DNA of 64,000 nucleotides from an uncultured Actinomycetes bacterium (GCA_963775695.1 CAVZJU010000003.1:141050-205049); one strand, 5' to 3'. Shown: positions 26,435-35,795, counted from the first letter of the stretch. Program-made: numbers and translations. Notes: a model not told the origin generated them from the sequence alone.

Positions 26435-27634
26435 GTGGGACGCACGCGCTTTCTCGCGGGGGCCGGGCTGCTCGCGGCCGCGCTGCTCGGGGCCGGGCTG
26501 GCGCTCGGCGGAGCCGCCGCGCTCGGAGGTCTCGGCCGGAAGACGACCACCGTCCGCGAGATCCAGGCGTCGGTCTCGGCTGCGGCCTCGTCCTCGTCGC
26601 GCTCGGCCCTCTCCATCAACGACATCTACCGCCGGGCCGCGCCAGGGGTCGTGCAGGTGACCTCGACAACGGTCGTCTCCGTCCCGGCCGACCCCTTCTT
26701 CGGCAACCAGTTCTTCCCCCAACGCCAGGAGGAGCGGTCGCTCGGCTCCGGCTTCGTCGTCGACAAGGCCGGGCATGTGGTCACGAACTACCACGTGATC
26801 ACCGGCGCCAAGCAGGTGCGGATCAGCTTCTCGAACGGCGCGAGCACGAAGGCGACGGTCGAGGGCACCGATGCCTCGAGCGACCTGGCGGTGCTGAAGA
26901 TCGACGCCAGCTCTCGCGCTCTGACGCCGCTGCCGCTGGGCAACTCGGACGCCATGCAGGTCGGCGACCCGGTCGTCGCGATCGGGAACCCGTTCGGGCT
27001 CGATCGCACGGTCACCGCAGGCATCGTCAGCGCGATCCAGCGGGCGATCACCGCTCCGAACGGCTACACGATCGACCACGTCATCCAGACCGACGCGGCG
27101 ATCAACCACGGCAACTCGGGCGGGCCGCTCCTGAACCGGCTCGGCCAGGTGATCGGCGTCAACTCGCAGATCGAGACCGGCAGCTCGAGCGACACCAGCG
27201 GCAACGTCGGCATCGGCTTCGCGATCCCGTCGAACACGGTCAAGACGGTGATCGCCCAGCTGATCCGCGAGGGCCACATCGACCGTGCGTTCCTCGGGAT
27301 CAGCGCCACGCCGATCACCCGCGACCTGGCCCGGGTCTTCAGGCTCCCCGCGGCCCGTGGCCTGCTCATACAGAGCGTGCAACCGGGCAGCGGCGCCGCC
27401 AAGGCGGGTCTCGAGGCGGGAACGACCCAGGTGGTGCTCGCGGGCGAGAGCTACAAGCTCGGCGGCGACATCGTCGTCGCGGCGGCGGGCCAGCCGGTCG
27501 CAAGCCTGGACAAGCTCCGCGACATCGTCGCTGCGAAGAAGCCCGGGGACTCGATCCGCGTCGTCGTCTACCGGGAAGGCAAGAGAAAGACCATCGACGT
27601 GAAGCTCGGACGGCAGCCGGCCACGCCAGGCTAG
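26435..27634 (+). CDS. HtrA/DegP-family trypsin-like serine protease with PDZ domain
   Basis: GTG 26435, then an N-terminal TM anchor. Catalytic triad context TNYHV / DLAVLK / GNSGGPL. C-terminal PDZ (GLLIQSVQPGSGAAKAGL). Confidence 0.9.
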   Translation: MGRTRFLAGAGLLAAALLGAGLALGGAAALGGLGRKTTTVREIQASVSAAASSSSRSALSINDIYRRAAPGVVQVTSTTVVSVPADPFFGNQFFPQRQEERSLGSGFVVDKAGHVVTNYHVITGAKQVRISFSNGASTKATVEGTDASSDLAVLKIDASSRALTPLPLGNSDAMQVGDPVVAIGNPFGLDRTVTAGIVSAIQRAITAPNGYTIDHVIQTDAAINHGNSGGPLLNRLGQVIGVNSQIETGSSSDTSGNVGIGFAIPSNTVKTVIAQLIREGHIDRAFLGISATPITRDLARVFRLPAARGLLIQSVQPGSGAAKAGLEAGTTQVVLAGESYKLGGDIVVAAAGQPVASLDKLRDIVAAKKPGDSIRVVVYREGKRKTIDVKLGRQPATPG

Positions 27635-27647
27635 CCGTCCACGAGGA

Positions 27648-27718
27648 GAAGGCCCCCGACCGCCTGCCCGGGGGCCTTCACAGGACGAAGGCCCCCGATC
27701 GCCTGCCCGGGGGCCTTC
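27648..27718 (+). repeat. tandem pair of near-identical GC hairpins (terminator or REP-like doublet)
   Basis: GAAGGCCCCCG-ACCGCCTGC-CGGGGGCCTTC (27648-27679) and GAAGGCCCCCG-ATCGCCTGC-CGGGGGCCTTC (27687-27718). 39-nt period. The second copy is followed by GCTTTATC. Lies just after the htrA-like stop. Confidence 0.6.
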
Positions 27719-27738
27719 GCTTTATCTAGGGTGATCGC

Positions 27739-28101
27739 ATGGCCAGCGAGGAACCGGGCCGCCTCGAGCTGGCGCTCGAGGACGTCGACTTCCTCGAGGA
27801 AGAGGAGGTCTGGACGGACGACGACCAGGCCGACCATTCCGGGTGGTTCTGCGTTGCCACCAACCCGTTCCCGTGCCCCGCGGCAGGCTGTTCCTTCGTC
27901 GCCGAGTTCATGACCGCCGCCCACCTGATCCTGGTCTGGGAGGAGCGCGACGATCCGAACCTGCTTCGCCACGCGGAGCGTGCCAAGCACGTCGGCCGAA
28001 ACCCGCGGGTGACCTCCTACGAGCCCTCGTTCGGGCCGAGCGCGTCGTACTACGCCTGGGAGGCGGCAGGCCGCCCGGTGCACGCCGTTCGCGGCAAGTG
28101 A
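27739..28101 (+). CDS. hypothetical acidic protein
   Basis: 120-aa ORF with good GC3. Its stop overlaps the next gene's start (GTGA). No family recognised. Confidence 0.5.
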   Translation: MASEEPGRLELALEDVDFLEEEEVWTDDDQADHSGWFCVATNPFPCPAAGCSFVAEFMTAAHLILVWEERDDPNLLRHAERAKHVGRNPRVTSYEPSFGPSASYYAWEAAGRPVHAVRGK

Positions 28102-29180
28102 GAGACGAAGCCCGGTACAAAGCCGACGGCGGGGCCGTCGGCATCGGTGCGACGCGAGGTCGTGACGCCGGAGGGGTCATCGAGCACCGATTCGGCCGGG
28201 CCGAGCCCGGGACGCTGGGCGTCGAGGAGGAGCTCTTCTTCGTCGACCCCGGCACGCTCGATGTCGCCGCCGGTTTCTCACGGGTCGTCGGCGACGGAGA
28301 CGACCGCACCAAGGCCGAGGTCTTCGAGAGCCTGGTCGAGCTCGCGACTCCCGTGGTGCCCGCCGCCGCAGCTGTTCTTGCCGACCTCGCCCGGATGCGG
28401 GCCGAGATCGCCGAACGTGCCGCGGCCACCGGGCTGCGTGTCTACGCGGCCGGGGCGCATCCCCTGGCCTCCGGTGACGACCAGGAGATCGTTCCCCTGC
28501 CCAGGTACGAGCAGATGGCCGCGTCGCTGGGCGACGCTCTCCGCAGGCAGCTGGTCTGCGGGCTGCACGTCCACGTCTCCGTTCCCGACCCGGACACGGC
28601 CCTGCTCGTCTTCGAGGCGGTGGTCCCGTGGCTCCCGGTCCTGCTGGCGCTCTCGGCCAACTCGCCTTTCGCCGACGGCGGTGACACGGGCCGGCGGTCG
28701 GAGCGCGCGGAGCGGCTTCTGTCGATGCCGACCGGAGGAACCCCGCCCGTGCTCCGCAGCTGGGACGCCTGGCAGACCGCCACCGGCCGCGACTCGGCCC
28801 GCCGGCACTGGGACGCCTGGCCGCGGCCCGAGTACGGCACGGTCGAGGTGCGGGTGATGGACATGCAGACCGACGTGCGCAGGTCGGCCGGCTTCGCCGC
28901 GATCGTGCGCGCCCTTGTCTCGACGGTGCCGGGCACTGTCGAGACGTACGACCGAGAGCTCTACGCCCGCCGCCGGGAGGAGGCCTCGCGGCTTCCGCCA
29001 GATCCGGCCGAGGTCGAGGCGCTCGCCGCGCAGGTCGAGCCGGTCCTGCACGGAGAGGAGCTCGAGCTTGCGCGTCTCGTCCTCGACGGCCGTCCCGAAG
29101 CCCAGCGCCAGCTGGAGGTCGCAGCCGCAGGCGGGCTCGAAGCCGTCGTCCGGGACGTGGCCGACCGGACGCTAGGCTAG
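28098..29180 (+). CDS. carboxylate-amine ligase, glutamate-cysteine ligase family 2 (YbdK-like)
   Basis: GTLGVEEELFFVDP...ESLVELATP...CGLHVHVSVPD...LLALSANSPF...WDAWPRPEYGTVEVRVMD. Confidence 0.85.
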   Translation: MRDEARYKADGGAVGIGATRGRDAGGVIEHRFGRAEPGTLGVEEELFFVDPGTLDVAAGFSRVVGDGDDRTKAEVFESLVELATPVVPAAAAVLADLARMRAEIAERAAATGLRVYAAGAHPLASGDDQEIVPLPRYEQMAASLGDALRRQLVCGLHVHVSVPDPDTALLVFEAVVPWLPVLLALSANSPFADGGDTGRRSERAERLLSMPTGGTPPVLRSWDAWQTATGRDSARRHWDAWPRPEYGTVEVRVMDMQTDVRRSAGFAAIVRALVSTVPGTVETYDRELYARRREEASRLPPDPAEVEALAAQVEPVLHGEELELARLVLDGRPEAQRQLEVAAAGGLEAVVRDVADRTLG

Positions 29181-29188
29181 GAGCCGGC

Positions 29189-29407
29189 ATGGCGATCCAG
29201 ACCGAGACGATCCACGTCACCGGCATCCGCTGCGAGCGTTGCGTGATGCGCCTGGGCGCGGCGCTCAGCGACCTCGACGGGCTCGAGGCCGCGAACGCGA
29301 GCCTGGTCGGCGAAGTCACCCTCTCCTGGGACGACGACCGCACCGACCGGGAGGCGATTCTCGGCCGGCTGGCCGAGGGCGGCTTCCACCAGACCCTTCC
29401 GGTCTAG
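29189..29407 (+). CDS. HMA (heavy-metal-associated)-like small protein with variant metal motif
   Basis: 72 aa, ferredoxin-like pattern. IHVTGIRCERCVMRLGAAL has CxxC, but GIRCERC replaces GMTCxxC. RBS AGGAG upstream. Confidence 0.6.
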   Translation: MAIQTETIHVTGIRCERCVMRLGAALSDLDGLEAANASLVGEVTLSWDDDRTDREAILGRLAEGGFHQTLPV

Positions 29408-29892
29408 TAGTCGTTCCGCACCCGGCGCAGGCCGATCCTCCGGTCGCCCAGCAGGGCCGGCGAGCTTGCGTGGTGCTCGTCCGGGAACCCGGGCCGCACG
29501 TGCTTGCGCTGCTCGGCCCGTCGGTGCTCGGTCGCCGGCCGTCCGGCGGCGATCGAGTCCCGGTCGGCCCCCCAGGCAGGATCGTGCGCGAGCGACTCGC
29601 CTTCGCCCTCGGTCGGAGGCTGGAGGTTGGACTCCACGAGGCCGAAGTGCCCGGCCGCAGACGCCTGGTCGAAATTCCCATGTGTGTCCACGCGGGGCGC
29701 GTCCATCAGCACGCGCCTCGGCACCGTCACGAACACCTTCGCCGCCTCGTCCACGGCGTGGACGAACTCCAGCGGAACGGGATGCCGCGACTTCCGAAGC
29801 CGGCCCGACTCGACGATCGGGAAGCCGTTCCGGACGTCGACGACCCGGCCGACGACACGGTCGTCGCTGGTCACAACGTCGTACCCACGCAT
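29404..29892 (-). CDS. PRC-barrel-like domain protein
   Basis: MRGYDVVTSDDRVVGRVVDVRNGFPIVESGRL... is a typical PRC-barrel/DUF2171-like N-terminus. Confidence 0.55.
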   Translation of the reverse strand: MRGYDVVTSDDRVVGRVVDVRNGFPIVESGRLRKSRHPVPLEFVHAVDEAAKVFVTVPRRVLMDAPRVDTHGNFDQASAAGHFGLVESNLQPPTEGEGESLAHDPAWGADRDSIAAGRPATEHRRAEQRKHVRPGFPDEHHASSPALLGDRRIGLRRVRNDY

Positions 29893-30012
29893 CCCTGCCT
29901 CCTTCCGGTGGGCTGTCCGGGTCCTACCCCTCGGCCGGCGGGCTCTAACCGGGAATATCCCCGCTCCGGGGCTCGTTGGAGGTCCTCAGGAACGCGTTGC
30001 TAGGGTGGGCGG

Positions 30013-30597
30013 GTGAGCGAGATCACTCCCACCGAGCCGCAGCGACTGGCAACCGACGCGCGCGATCGCGTGCGGTTCGAGGAGGAAGCTCTTGAACTCT
30101 CGGATCAGGTCTACCGGGTGGCGAGAAGGCTCGTCGGCAGTCGCGAGGAGGCGGAGGACCTGGTGCAAGAGACATATGCGCGCGCGTTCCGCAGCTGGCG
30201 CTCGTACACGCCCGGAACCAACCTTCGCGCCTGGCTGCTGCGTATCCTCACCAACCTCAATATCGACCGCGGCCGCCGCAAGCAGCGCTCTCCCGAGATG
30301 CAACCGCTGGAGGAGGGCGACTACTTCCTCTACAACCGCCTCGAGGAATCATCGCGCGAGCCGCGGTCCGACCAGGAGGCCGTCGTCGACCGGCTGTCGC
30401 AGGACGACGTCGTGGCCGCCTTGTCGGCGGTCCCGCACGACTTCCGCGACGTCATCGTCCTCGTCGACATCGGCGACTTCACCTACCAGGACGCCGCCCA
30501 GATCCTCGACATCCCGATCGGCACCGTGATGTCGCGACTGCACCGCGGACGTCGTATCCTGAAGACCGCACTCGCGGACCAGACTGTCGGAGGCTGA
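30013..30597 (+). CDS. ECF (sigma-70 family) RNA polymerase sigma factor, SigR/SigH-like context
   Basis: Region 2 (EDLVQETYARAFRSW...NLRAWLLRILTNLNIDRGR) and region 4 (FTYQDAAQILDIPIGTVMSRLHRGR). Confidence 0.9.
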   Translation: MSEITPTEPQRLATDARDRVRFEEEALELSDQVYRVARRLVGSREEAEDLVQETYARAFRSWRSYTPGTNLRAWLLRILTNLNIDRGRRKQRSPEMQPLEEGDYFLYNRLEESSREPRSDQEAVVDRLSQDDVVAALSAVPHDFRDVIVLVDIGDFTYQDAAQILDIPIGTVMSRLHRGRRILKTALADQTVGG

Positions 30598-30598
30598 G

Positions 30599-30832
30599 AT
30601 GGAATTCGACGAACTCTGCGACAAGTGCGAGGAGTGGATGCAGCCGTATCTCGACCGCGAGCTCGACGATTCCGAGCGCGCCGAGGCCGAGAAGCACCTC
30701 GACGGCTGCGGGTACTGCCGGAAGCGGTACCGCTTCGAGGAGAGCCTGCGGATCTTCGTCCGCGAGGTCTGCTCGGAGGAGATGCCGCCCGCGCTGAAGC
30801 AGAAGCTCGCCGCGCTTCGAACGCCTCTCTGA
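30599..30832 (+). CDS. zinc-binding anti-sigma factor (ZAS family, RsrA-like)
   Basis: 77 aa, starting 2 nt after the sigma gene. ZAS motif H-x3-C-x2-C = HLDGCGYC, plus upstream Cys (CDKCEEW). Confidence 0.8.
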   Translation: MEFDELCDKCEEWMQPYLDRELDDSERAEAEKHLDGCGYCRKRYRFEESLRIFVREVCSEEMPPALKQKLAALRTPL

Positions 30833-30911
30833 TCTGGTCCGGAGCGCCGCCGGGCGGAGCCCGCCGGCGCGCGACGAGCGGCCGGCCGCGCCCCGCGCGG
30901 GGCACGAGCGG

Positions 30912-31457
30912 CTAACGGAAGCGCTCGGGGAGGTCCTCCGGCCGGTCGACGTCGCCCGGCTCGCCCAGGTCGTCGCACGGGACGAGCACCGGGTCGAGCG
31001 CACGCGCGCCCTCGTCCGGCACCGAGGCCCAGACCGTGCGGTCGAGCACGACGGGATGACCGCGCACCCCTCCGTAGGAGGCCGCCACCACGTCGCCCGC
31101 GCCCTGCTGCCAGGCGGTGACGACGCGATCGACGGCCGCCGGCGCGAGGTCGGGGCCGTCGGCGAGGATCACCGCCGCCGCTGGCGTGTGGTCGGCGAGT
31201 TCGCGTAGTCCGCAACGCAGCGAGGCCCCGGGGCCGAGCGCCCAGTCGTTGCAGCGGACGAGGCGCGCATCCGCCTCGAGCTCGTACGCGCCGACGACGA
31301 CGACGATCTCGCCGATCGCGCCGCTCTGCCCCAGTCGGGCCACCACCTGGTCGAGAAGAAGCGCCTGCTTCGGAGCCCCGAAGCGCGTGGCCGCTCCGGC
31401 CGCGAGCACGACCGCGGCGACGGAGCCCGGTTCAGCGTCTCCTCCCAGGTCACGCAT
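30912..31457 (-). CDS. MobA/MocA-like nucleotidyltransferase (NTP_transf_3)
   Basis: VAAVVLAAGAATRFGAPKQ (LAAGxxxRxG motif); ILADGPDL. Confidence 0.75.
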   Translation of the reverse strand: MRDLGGDAEPGSVAAVVLAAGAATRFGAPKQALLLDQVVARLGQSGAIGEIVVVVGAYELEADARLVRCNDWALGPGASLRCGLRELADHTPAAAVILADGPDLAPAAVDRVVTAWQQGAGDVVAASYGGVRGHPVVLDRTVWASVPDEGARALDPVLVPCDDLGEPGDVDRPEDLPERFR

Positions 31458-31514
31458 CCTACGGACGGCTCACGCTCTCATCGGGCTCTCAGGGAGGGTG
31501 GCTACCGTTGTGTC

Positions 31515-32348
31515 GTGCTTCGTCTTGCCGTAGGCCTCCTGTCACTGTCGGCACTCGCATTCGGCGGGCCTACCGCCGACGCGGCGCCGAGTCGGGTCTT
31601 CGCCCCGCGCACCCTCGGCGAGGGCCAGGTGTCGTCGAACTGGGCCGGGTACGCGCTGACGGGAACGAATGCGTCCGGCGCGGCGACCTCCTACTCGAAC
31701 GTGGTCGGCTCCTGGGTGCAGCCGAAGGTGACCTGCACGGCCGGGCAGCCCTCGTACTCCGCCTTCTGGGTCGGGCTCGGCGGCTTCTCCGCCGACGCCA
31801 AGGCGCTCGAGCAGATCGGCACCGAGTCGAACTGCGACGCGCGCGGGCGTCCCGTCTACGCGGCCTGGTACGAGATCGTCCCCGCGCCGTCGATCCCGAT
31901 CGCGATGAAGATGGCGCCCGGCGACCGGATGACTGCGGCCGTGCTGGTGCAGGGAACGCAGGTGACGCTCCAGCTGACGAACTCCACGCGCCACATTCGC
32001 GTCACCCGCCGCGTGACCGTCCAGCAGCCCGATCTGACTTCGGCCGAATGGATTGCCGAGGCGCCGTCGTCGTGCTCGTCGTCCGGCCGGTGCCAGACCC
32101 TGCCGCTCGCCGACTTCGGGACGGTCTCGTTCACACGCGCTGCGACGACCGGCGACGCGCATGCCGGGACGATCAGCGACCCGGCGTGGCAGCCGACGCC
32201 CCTCGAGTTGGCCGAGCTCGGGCCGGACGGCGTCGACCCGAGCTTCGCCGACGTGCGGCCGTCACCGGCCACGTCCGGTGCGTCCCCGGGGCCGCTGTCG
32301 GCCGACGGGCGCGGCTTCGCCGTCGCCTGGCATCCCGCGTCCGGCTAG
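31515..32348 (+). CDS. secreted peptidase G1 (eqolisin / former A4) family protein
   Basis: Signal peptide, then SSNWAGYAL, SAFWVGLGG, AAWYEIVP, SAEWIAEAP. Confidence 0.75.
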   Translation: MLRLAVGLLSLSALAFGGPTADAAPSRVFAPRTLGEGQVSSNWAGYALTGTNASGAATSYSNVVGSWVQPKVTCTAGQPSYSAFWVGLGGFSADAKALEQIGTESNCDARGRPVYAAWYEIVPAPSIPIAMKMAPGDRMTAAVLVQGTQVTLQLTNSTRHIRVTRRVTVQQPDLTSAEWIAEAPSSCSSSGRCQTLPLADFGTVSFTRAATTGDAHAGTISDPAWQPTPLELAELGPDGVDPSFADVRPSPATSGASPGPLSADGRGFAVAWHPASG

Positions 32349-32355
32349 GAAACGA

Positions 32356-32526
32356 CTCGAGGCTTGATGTGAAATTCGGCTCGCGTCGGGGCCGTTCCAG
32401 ACCAAGACGGAGCCCGCGATCGTCCTCGGCGCGTAACAGCGTTACGTGTCGAGGGGGAGCGTACCGCTCCGGCGCCGTGTCTGGGGCGGCATCCGGCACC
32501 GGCTGAATTTCACATCAAGCCTCTAG
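32356..32526. repeat. 171-bp element bounded by 25-bp terminal inverted repeats (MITE-like or long hairpin)
   Basis: CTCGAGGCTTGATGTGAAATTCGGC (32356-32380) versus the reverse complement of 32502-32526, CTAGAGGCTTGATGTGAAATTCAGC (23/25; 19 nt perfect). AT-rich arms in a GC-rich genome. Fills the gap between two convergent genes. Confidence 0.5.
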
Positions 32527-33086
32527 CTGCGTGCGCCGAAGTCCGCGGTCAGGATCGTGACGTCCTGACCCGCGTAGACTCCCGGCGCCGACGAGGCGTG
32601 CACCGCGGCGATCCCGACCTCCCGCCAGGCGGCCGTGAGCAGGTTCTGCCGGTGCGGCGGGCTGTTCAGCCACAGCTCTAGGGCGCGTCGGGCGCTGAGC
32701 CGCGGCGAGCTCCACACGAGGTTCTCGCCGACGCGCCAGGCTCCGTCAGCGGGTTTCGGATACCGCGTCTCCACGCGCTTCCAGAACGGGGCGCCGCTGA
32801 AGGAGTCATGCCCGAAGAAGCCGTGCTCGGCCATCGAGGAGGTCTGCTCGTGCGCGGCCGCGGCCAGCGCCGGGCTGGCGCGCAGGGGGGCGAGCCCCGC
32901 TGCGCGGCGGAGGTCGTTGATCCGGGTCAATAACCGTGCCTCCAACCCCGGGAGCACGGTCACGCGCTCCGTGCCGCTGGCCGCGTTGTTCCAGCCGGCG
33001 GTGTCGCCGGCGGCGGCGGTGGTCGTACCGAAGACGGCCGCGACGAGCATGGCTGCCGCTGCCACCGCGGGCGACCGGCGAATCAC
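32523..33086 (-). CDS. secreted CAP/SCP (PR-1-like) domain protein
   Basis: GTG 33086 gives VIRRSPAVAAAAMLVAAVFGTTTAAAG (signal peptide). LLTRINDLRRAAGLAPL...HGFFGHDS...GENLVW...WLNSPPHRQNLL. Alternative start GTG 33113. Confidence 0.75.
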   Translation of the reverse strand: MIRRSPAVAAAAMLVAAVFGTTTAAAGDTAGWNNAASGTERVTVLPGLEARLLTRINDLRRAAGLAPLRASPALAAAAHEQTSSMAEHGFFGHDSFSGAPFWKRVETRYPKPADGAWRVGENLVWSSPRLSARRALELWLNSPPHRQNLLTAAWREVGIAAVHASSAPGVYAGQDVTILTADFGARS

Positions 33087-33224
33087 GTCTTTCGGTATCG
33101 GCAGCTTGGCCACGTCGGCAAGTCCGTGGTGACACTTCGATACAGCTTTGCTTGCCCCTACCCCGGGGGGCGACGACTGGACGATGGGGATGCGGCATCT
33201 TAATCGCACACCCGGTCGCCACGC

Positions 33225-35207
33225 GTGACAACCGCATGTTCGCTCGTTTCGAGCGGCGATTGTGCTTCGACCGGATTGCCCTACGCTGTGACGGAGATGG
33301 TCGAAGTCACCGCTGCTCGACCCCGGGTGCCCGCGGTCCGGGAGTCGCTCGCGCGCTCGCTCACGTACGCCGGGATACCGATTGGTCTCGCGGCCTGCGT
33401 GGCCGTCGGCGCGTTCGGCTTCGCGAACGGTGGGTACTTTCCCGTCTCCTGGGGCTGGGGCAGCTTGGCGCTGCTCGTGCTCGTGGCGGTTGCGCTCGCA
33501 GTCGGCGTGACCGTCGAGGCCGACGTCCTTGACGTCGTGTTCCTCGCCGGTTTCGCCGCTTTGACCGGCTGGATCGCGCTCTCGCTGCTGTGGACGACGG
33601 TCGTGCCGGACACCGTGCTCGAGGTCGAGCGCGTGCTCGTCTACCTCGCAGCGGCCGCGGCGGGCGTCCTGCTGCTGAGGCGACGATCGGTGGCGGCGAT
33701 CGTTCTGGGGCTCTGGGGCGCGCTGGTGATCCTCACGACGTATGCCCTGCTGACCCGTCTCTTCCCGGACCAGTTCGGAGCATCCGACCCGTTCTCGGGC
33801 TACCGACTCTCCGACCCGCTCGGCTACTGGAACGCGCTCGGCATCCTCTCCGCCATAGGCTGGCTGCTTGCGCTCGGCCTCGCCGCCCGCAGCGGGCCGC
33901 TCGTCCGCTGCCTCGCGGCCGGCTCGACGGTGATCTTCGCGCTCGCGCTCTACTTCACCTACAGCCGCGCGAGCTGGATCGCGCTCGTCGTCGGACTCGC
34001 GGTCGCGGTCGCGCTCGACACTCGACGCCTCCAGCTGATCACCATCGCCCTCGTGCTCGCGCCCTGGTCGATCACGGCAGTCGCCGTCGCCTCGACGTCA
34101 CCCGCGCTGACGCACCAGAGCGCGGCGGTGAGCGCGGCCAGCCGCGACGGACACGGCCTCGCCGCGATCGCGATCGGGCTCGTGGTCGCGGCCTCGCTCA
34201 CGATCCTGCTCGTCGACTGGCTCGCGTCCACGCTCACGGTGTCGTCTGGTCTCCGGCGGATCTACGCCGGCACGCTGCTGTTCCTGCTCATGGCGTTCCT
34301 GATCGTCGTCTTCGGCCGCTACGGCTTTCCGCCGACGCTCGCGCGCAAGGCCTACGACTCCTTCAACGGGACGCTCGCCACGACGGACGATCTCAATAGC
34401 CGCCTACTCAACCTCTCGAGCAACGGGCGGACCGAGACCTGGCACACGGCCTGGCAGGAGGTGACCGAAAATCCGATCCTCGGCGCGGGAGCGGGCAGCT
34501 ACGCCCAGTTCTGGTTCCAGCATCGGCGCGTCGGCTCTACCGTGCACGACGCCCACAACCTCTATCTCGAGACGCTCGCCGAGCTCGGCCCGGCCGGGCT
34601 CGCCCTGCTCCTGCTGATGCTCCTGGCGCCGTTCGCCGCCGTCCGGCGCGCCCGTTCGTCGCCGCTCGCCGTGGTTGCGTGCGGCGCCTACGTCGCGTTT
34701 CTCCTGCACGCTGCGATCGACTGGGACTGGGAGATGCCCGCGGTCACCCTGACGGGCCTGTTCTGCGCGATCGTGCTGCTCGCCGCCGGCCGGCGCGACC
34801 GGAAGCCGCGTCGGTTGCGCTCGGGCACCAGAATCGGTGGGGCCGTGGCCGCCGTCGGGCTCTTCGCGTTCGCGTTGGTCGCGCTGCTCGGGAACAGCGC
34901 TGTCTCCGCGAGCTCGAAGTCCACCGACGGCGGCCACTATGCGCGGGCGGAGTCTCAGGCCCGGCAGGCGATGTCCTTCGTGCCGTGGTCGGCCGAGCCG
35001 TGGCGGCGGCTGGGAGAAGCTCAGCTGCTCTCCGGAGACTCCGCCGCCGCGCGGGTCAGCTTCCGCCGGGCGATCGAGAAGGACCGCCGCGACTGGACGC
35101 TCTGGTTCGAGCTGGCCGGGGCGAGCCGCGGCGTCGAACGCCGGCAGGCGCTGGCCGAAGCCTCCCGCCTCAACCCGCTCGACGGTCGCCTCCGACCCCA
35201 GGCCTGA
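33225..35207 (+). CDS. O-antigen ligase-like (Wzy_C) polytopic membrane protein with C-terminal TPR-like repeats
   Basis: About 12 TM. YFTYSRASWIALVVGLAV (Wzy_C core). C-terminal soluble AESQARQAMSFVPWSAEPWRRLGEAQLLSGDSAAARVSFRRAIEKD. Exact start uncertain. Confidence 0.8.
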   Translation: MTTACSLVSSGDCASTGLPYAVTEMVEVTAARPRVPAVRESLARSLTYAGIPIGLAACVAVGAFGFANGGYFPVSWGWGSLALLVLVAVALAVGVTVEADVLDVVFLAGFAALTGWIALSLLWTTVVPDTVLEVERVLVYLAAAAAGVLLLRRRSVAAIVLGLWGALVILTTYALLTRLFPDQFGASDPFSGYRLSDPLGYWNALGILSAIGWLLALGLAARSGPLVRCLAAGSTVIFALALYFTYSRASWIALVVGLAVAVALDTRRLQLITIALVLAPWSITAVAVASTSPALTHQSAAVSAASRDGHGLAAIAIGLVVAASLTILLVDWLASTLTVSSGLRRIYAGTLLFLLMAFLIVVFGRYGFPPTLARKAYDSFNGTLATTDDLNSRLLNLSSNGRTETWHTAWQEVTENPILGAGAGSYAQFWFQHRRVGSTVHDAHNLYLETLAELGPAGLALLLLMLLAPFAAVRRARSSPLAVVACGAYVAFLLHAAIDWDWEMPAVTLTGLFCAIVLLAAGRRDRKPRRLRSGTRIGGAVAAVGLFAFALVALLGNSAVSASSKSTDGGHYARAESQARQAMSFVPWSAEPWRRLGEAQLLSGDSAAARVSFRRAIEKDRRDWTLWFELAGASRGVERRQALAEASRLNPLDGRLRPQA

Positions 35208-35728
35208 TGAAGGGCTTTCGCAGAGATCCGCTCGCCGATCCCGAGGATCTGATCCGTCACGTCTACGCGTACGCGGCCTACCGTCTCGGCGACGGCCACG
35301 ACGCCGAGGACGTCACGAGCGAGGTCTTCGAGCGCGCGATCCGGTACCACGGGAGCTACAACCGTTCGAAGGGCGCACCGCTCGCGTGGCTGCTCGGCAT
35401 CGCCCGACGCTGCGCCGACGACGCGCTGGCGAAGCGTCCGCGTGAGGAGCCGGAGCCGGAGGAGATCGCAGCGGTCGGAAGCGTCGAGGAGGACACCGTT
35501 CGTCGCGTGACGCTGGCCGCCGCGGTGGCGCAGCTGAGCGCGCGCGACCAGGAGTTGATCGCGCTTCGCTACGGCGCCGAGCTGACCGCAGCTCAGATCG
35601 CCCAGGTCCTGGACGCGCAGACCAATGCGATCGAGGTGGCGCTCCATCGCGCGCTCGCCCGGCTCCGCCGCATCCTGGAAGCCGAGGAGGCGGAGACGGC
35701 GGGGATGTCCGGCTCCGGCAGGGTGTAA
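35207..35728 (+). CDS. ECF sigma-70 family sigma factor
   Basis: ATG 35207 overlaps the upstream stop (TGATG). DAEDVTSEVFERAIRYHGSY...PLAWLLGIARR and LTAAQIAQVLDAQTNAIEVALHRALARLR. Confidence 0.8.
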   Translation: MKGFRRDPLADPEDLIRHVYAYAAYRLGDGHDAEDVTSEVFERAIRYHGSYNRSKGAPLAWLLGIARRCADDALAKRPREEPEPEEIAAVGSVEEDTVRRVTLAAAVAQLSARDQELIALRYGAELTAAQIAQVLDAQTNAIEVALHRALARLRRILEAEEAETAGMSGSGRV

Positions 35729-35795
35729 GGATCGCGGCCCCCGGCCGGTATTTATCTATGTAGGCACGAAACGGACACTGGGAGAGGGGAGTTAC

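Noticed and set aside
27648-27718. Tandem palindromic repeats as a CRISPR array
   Set aside because: Only two copies, a 7-nt gap rather than a spacer-sized unique sequence, no cas genes, and a position immediately after a stop codon.
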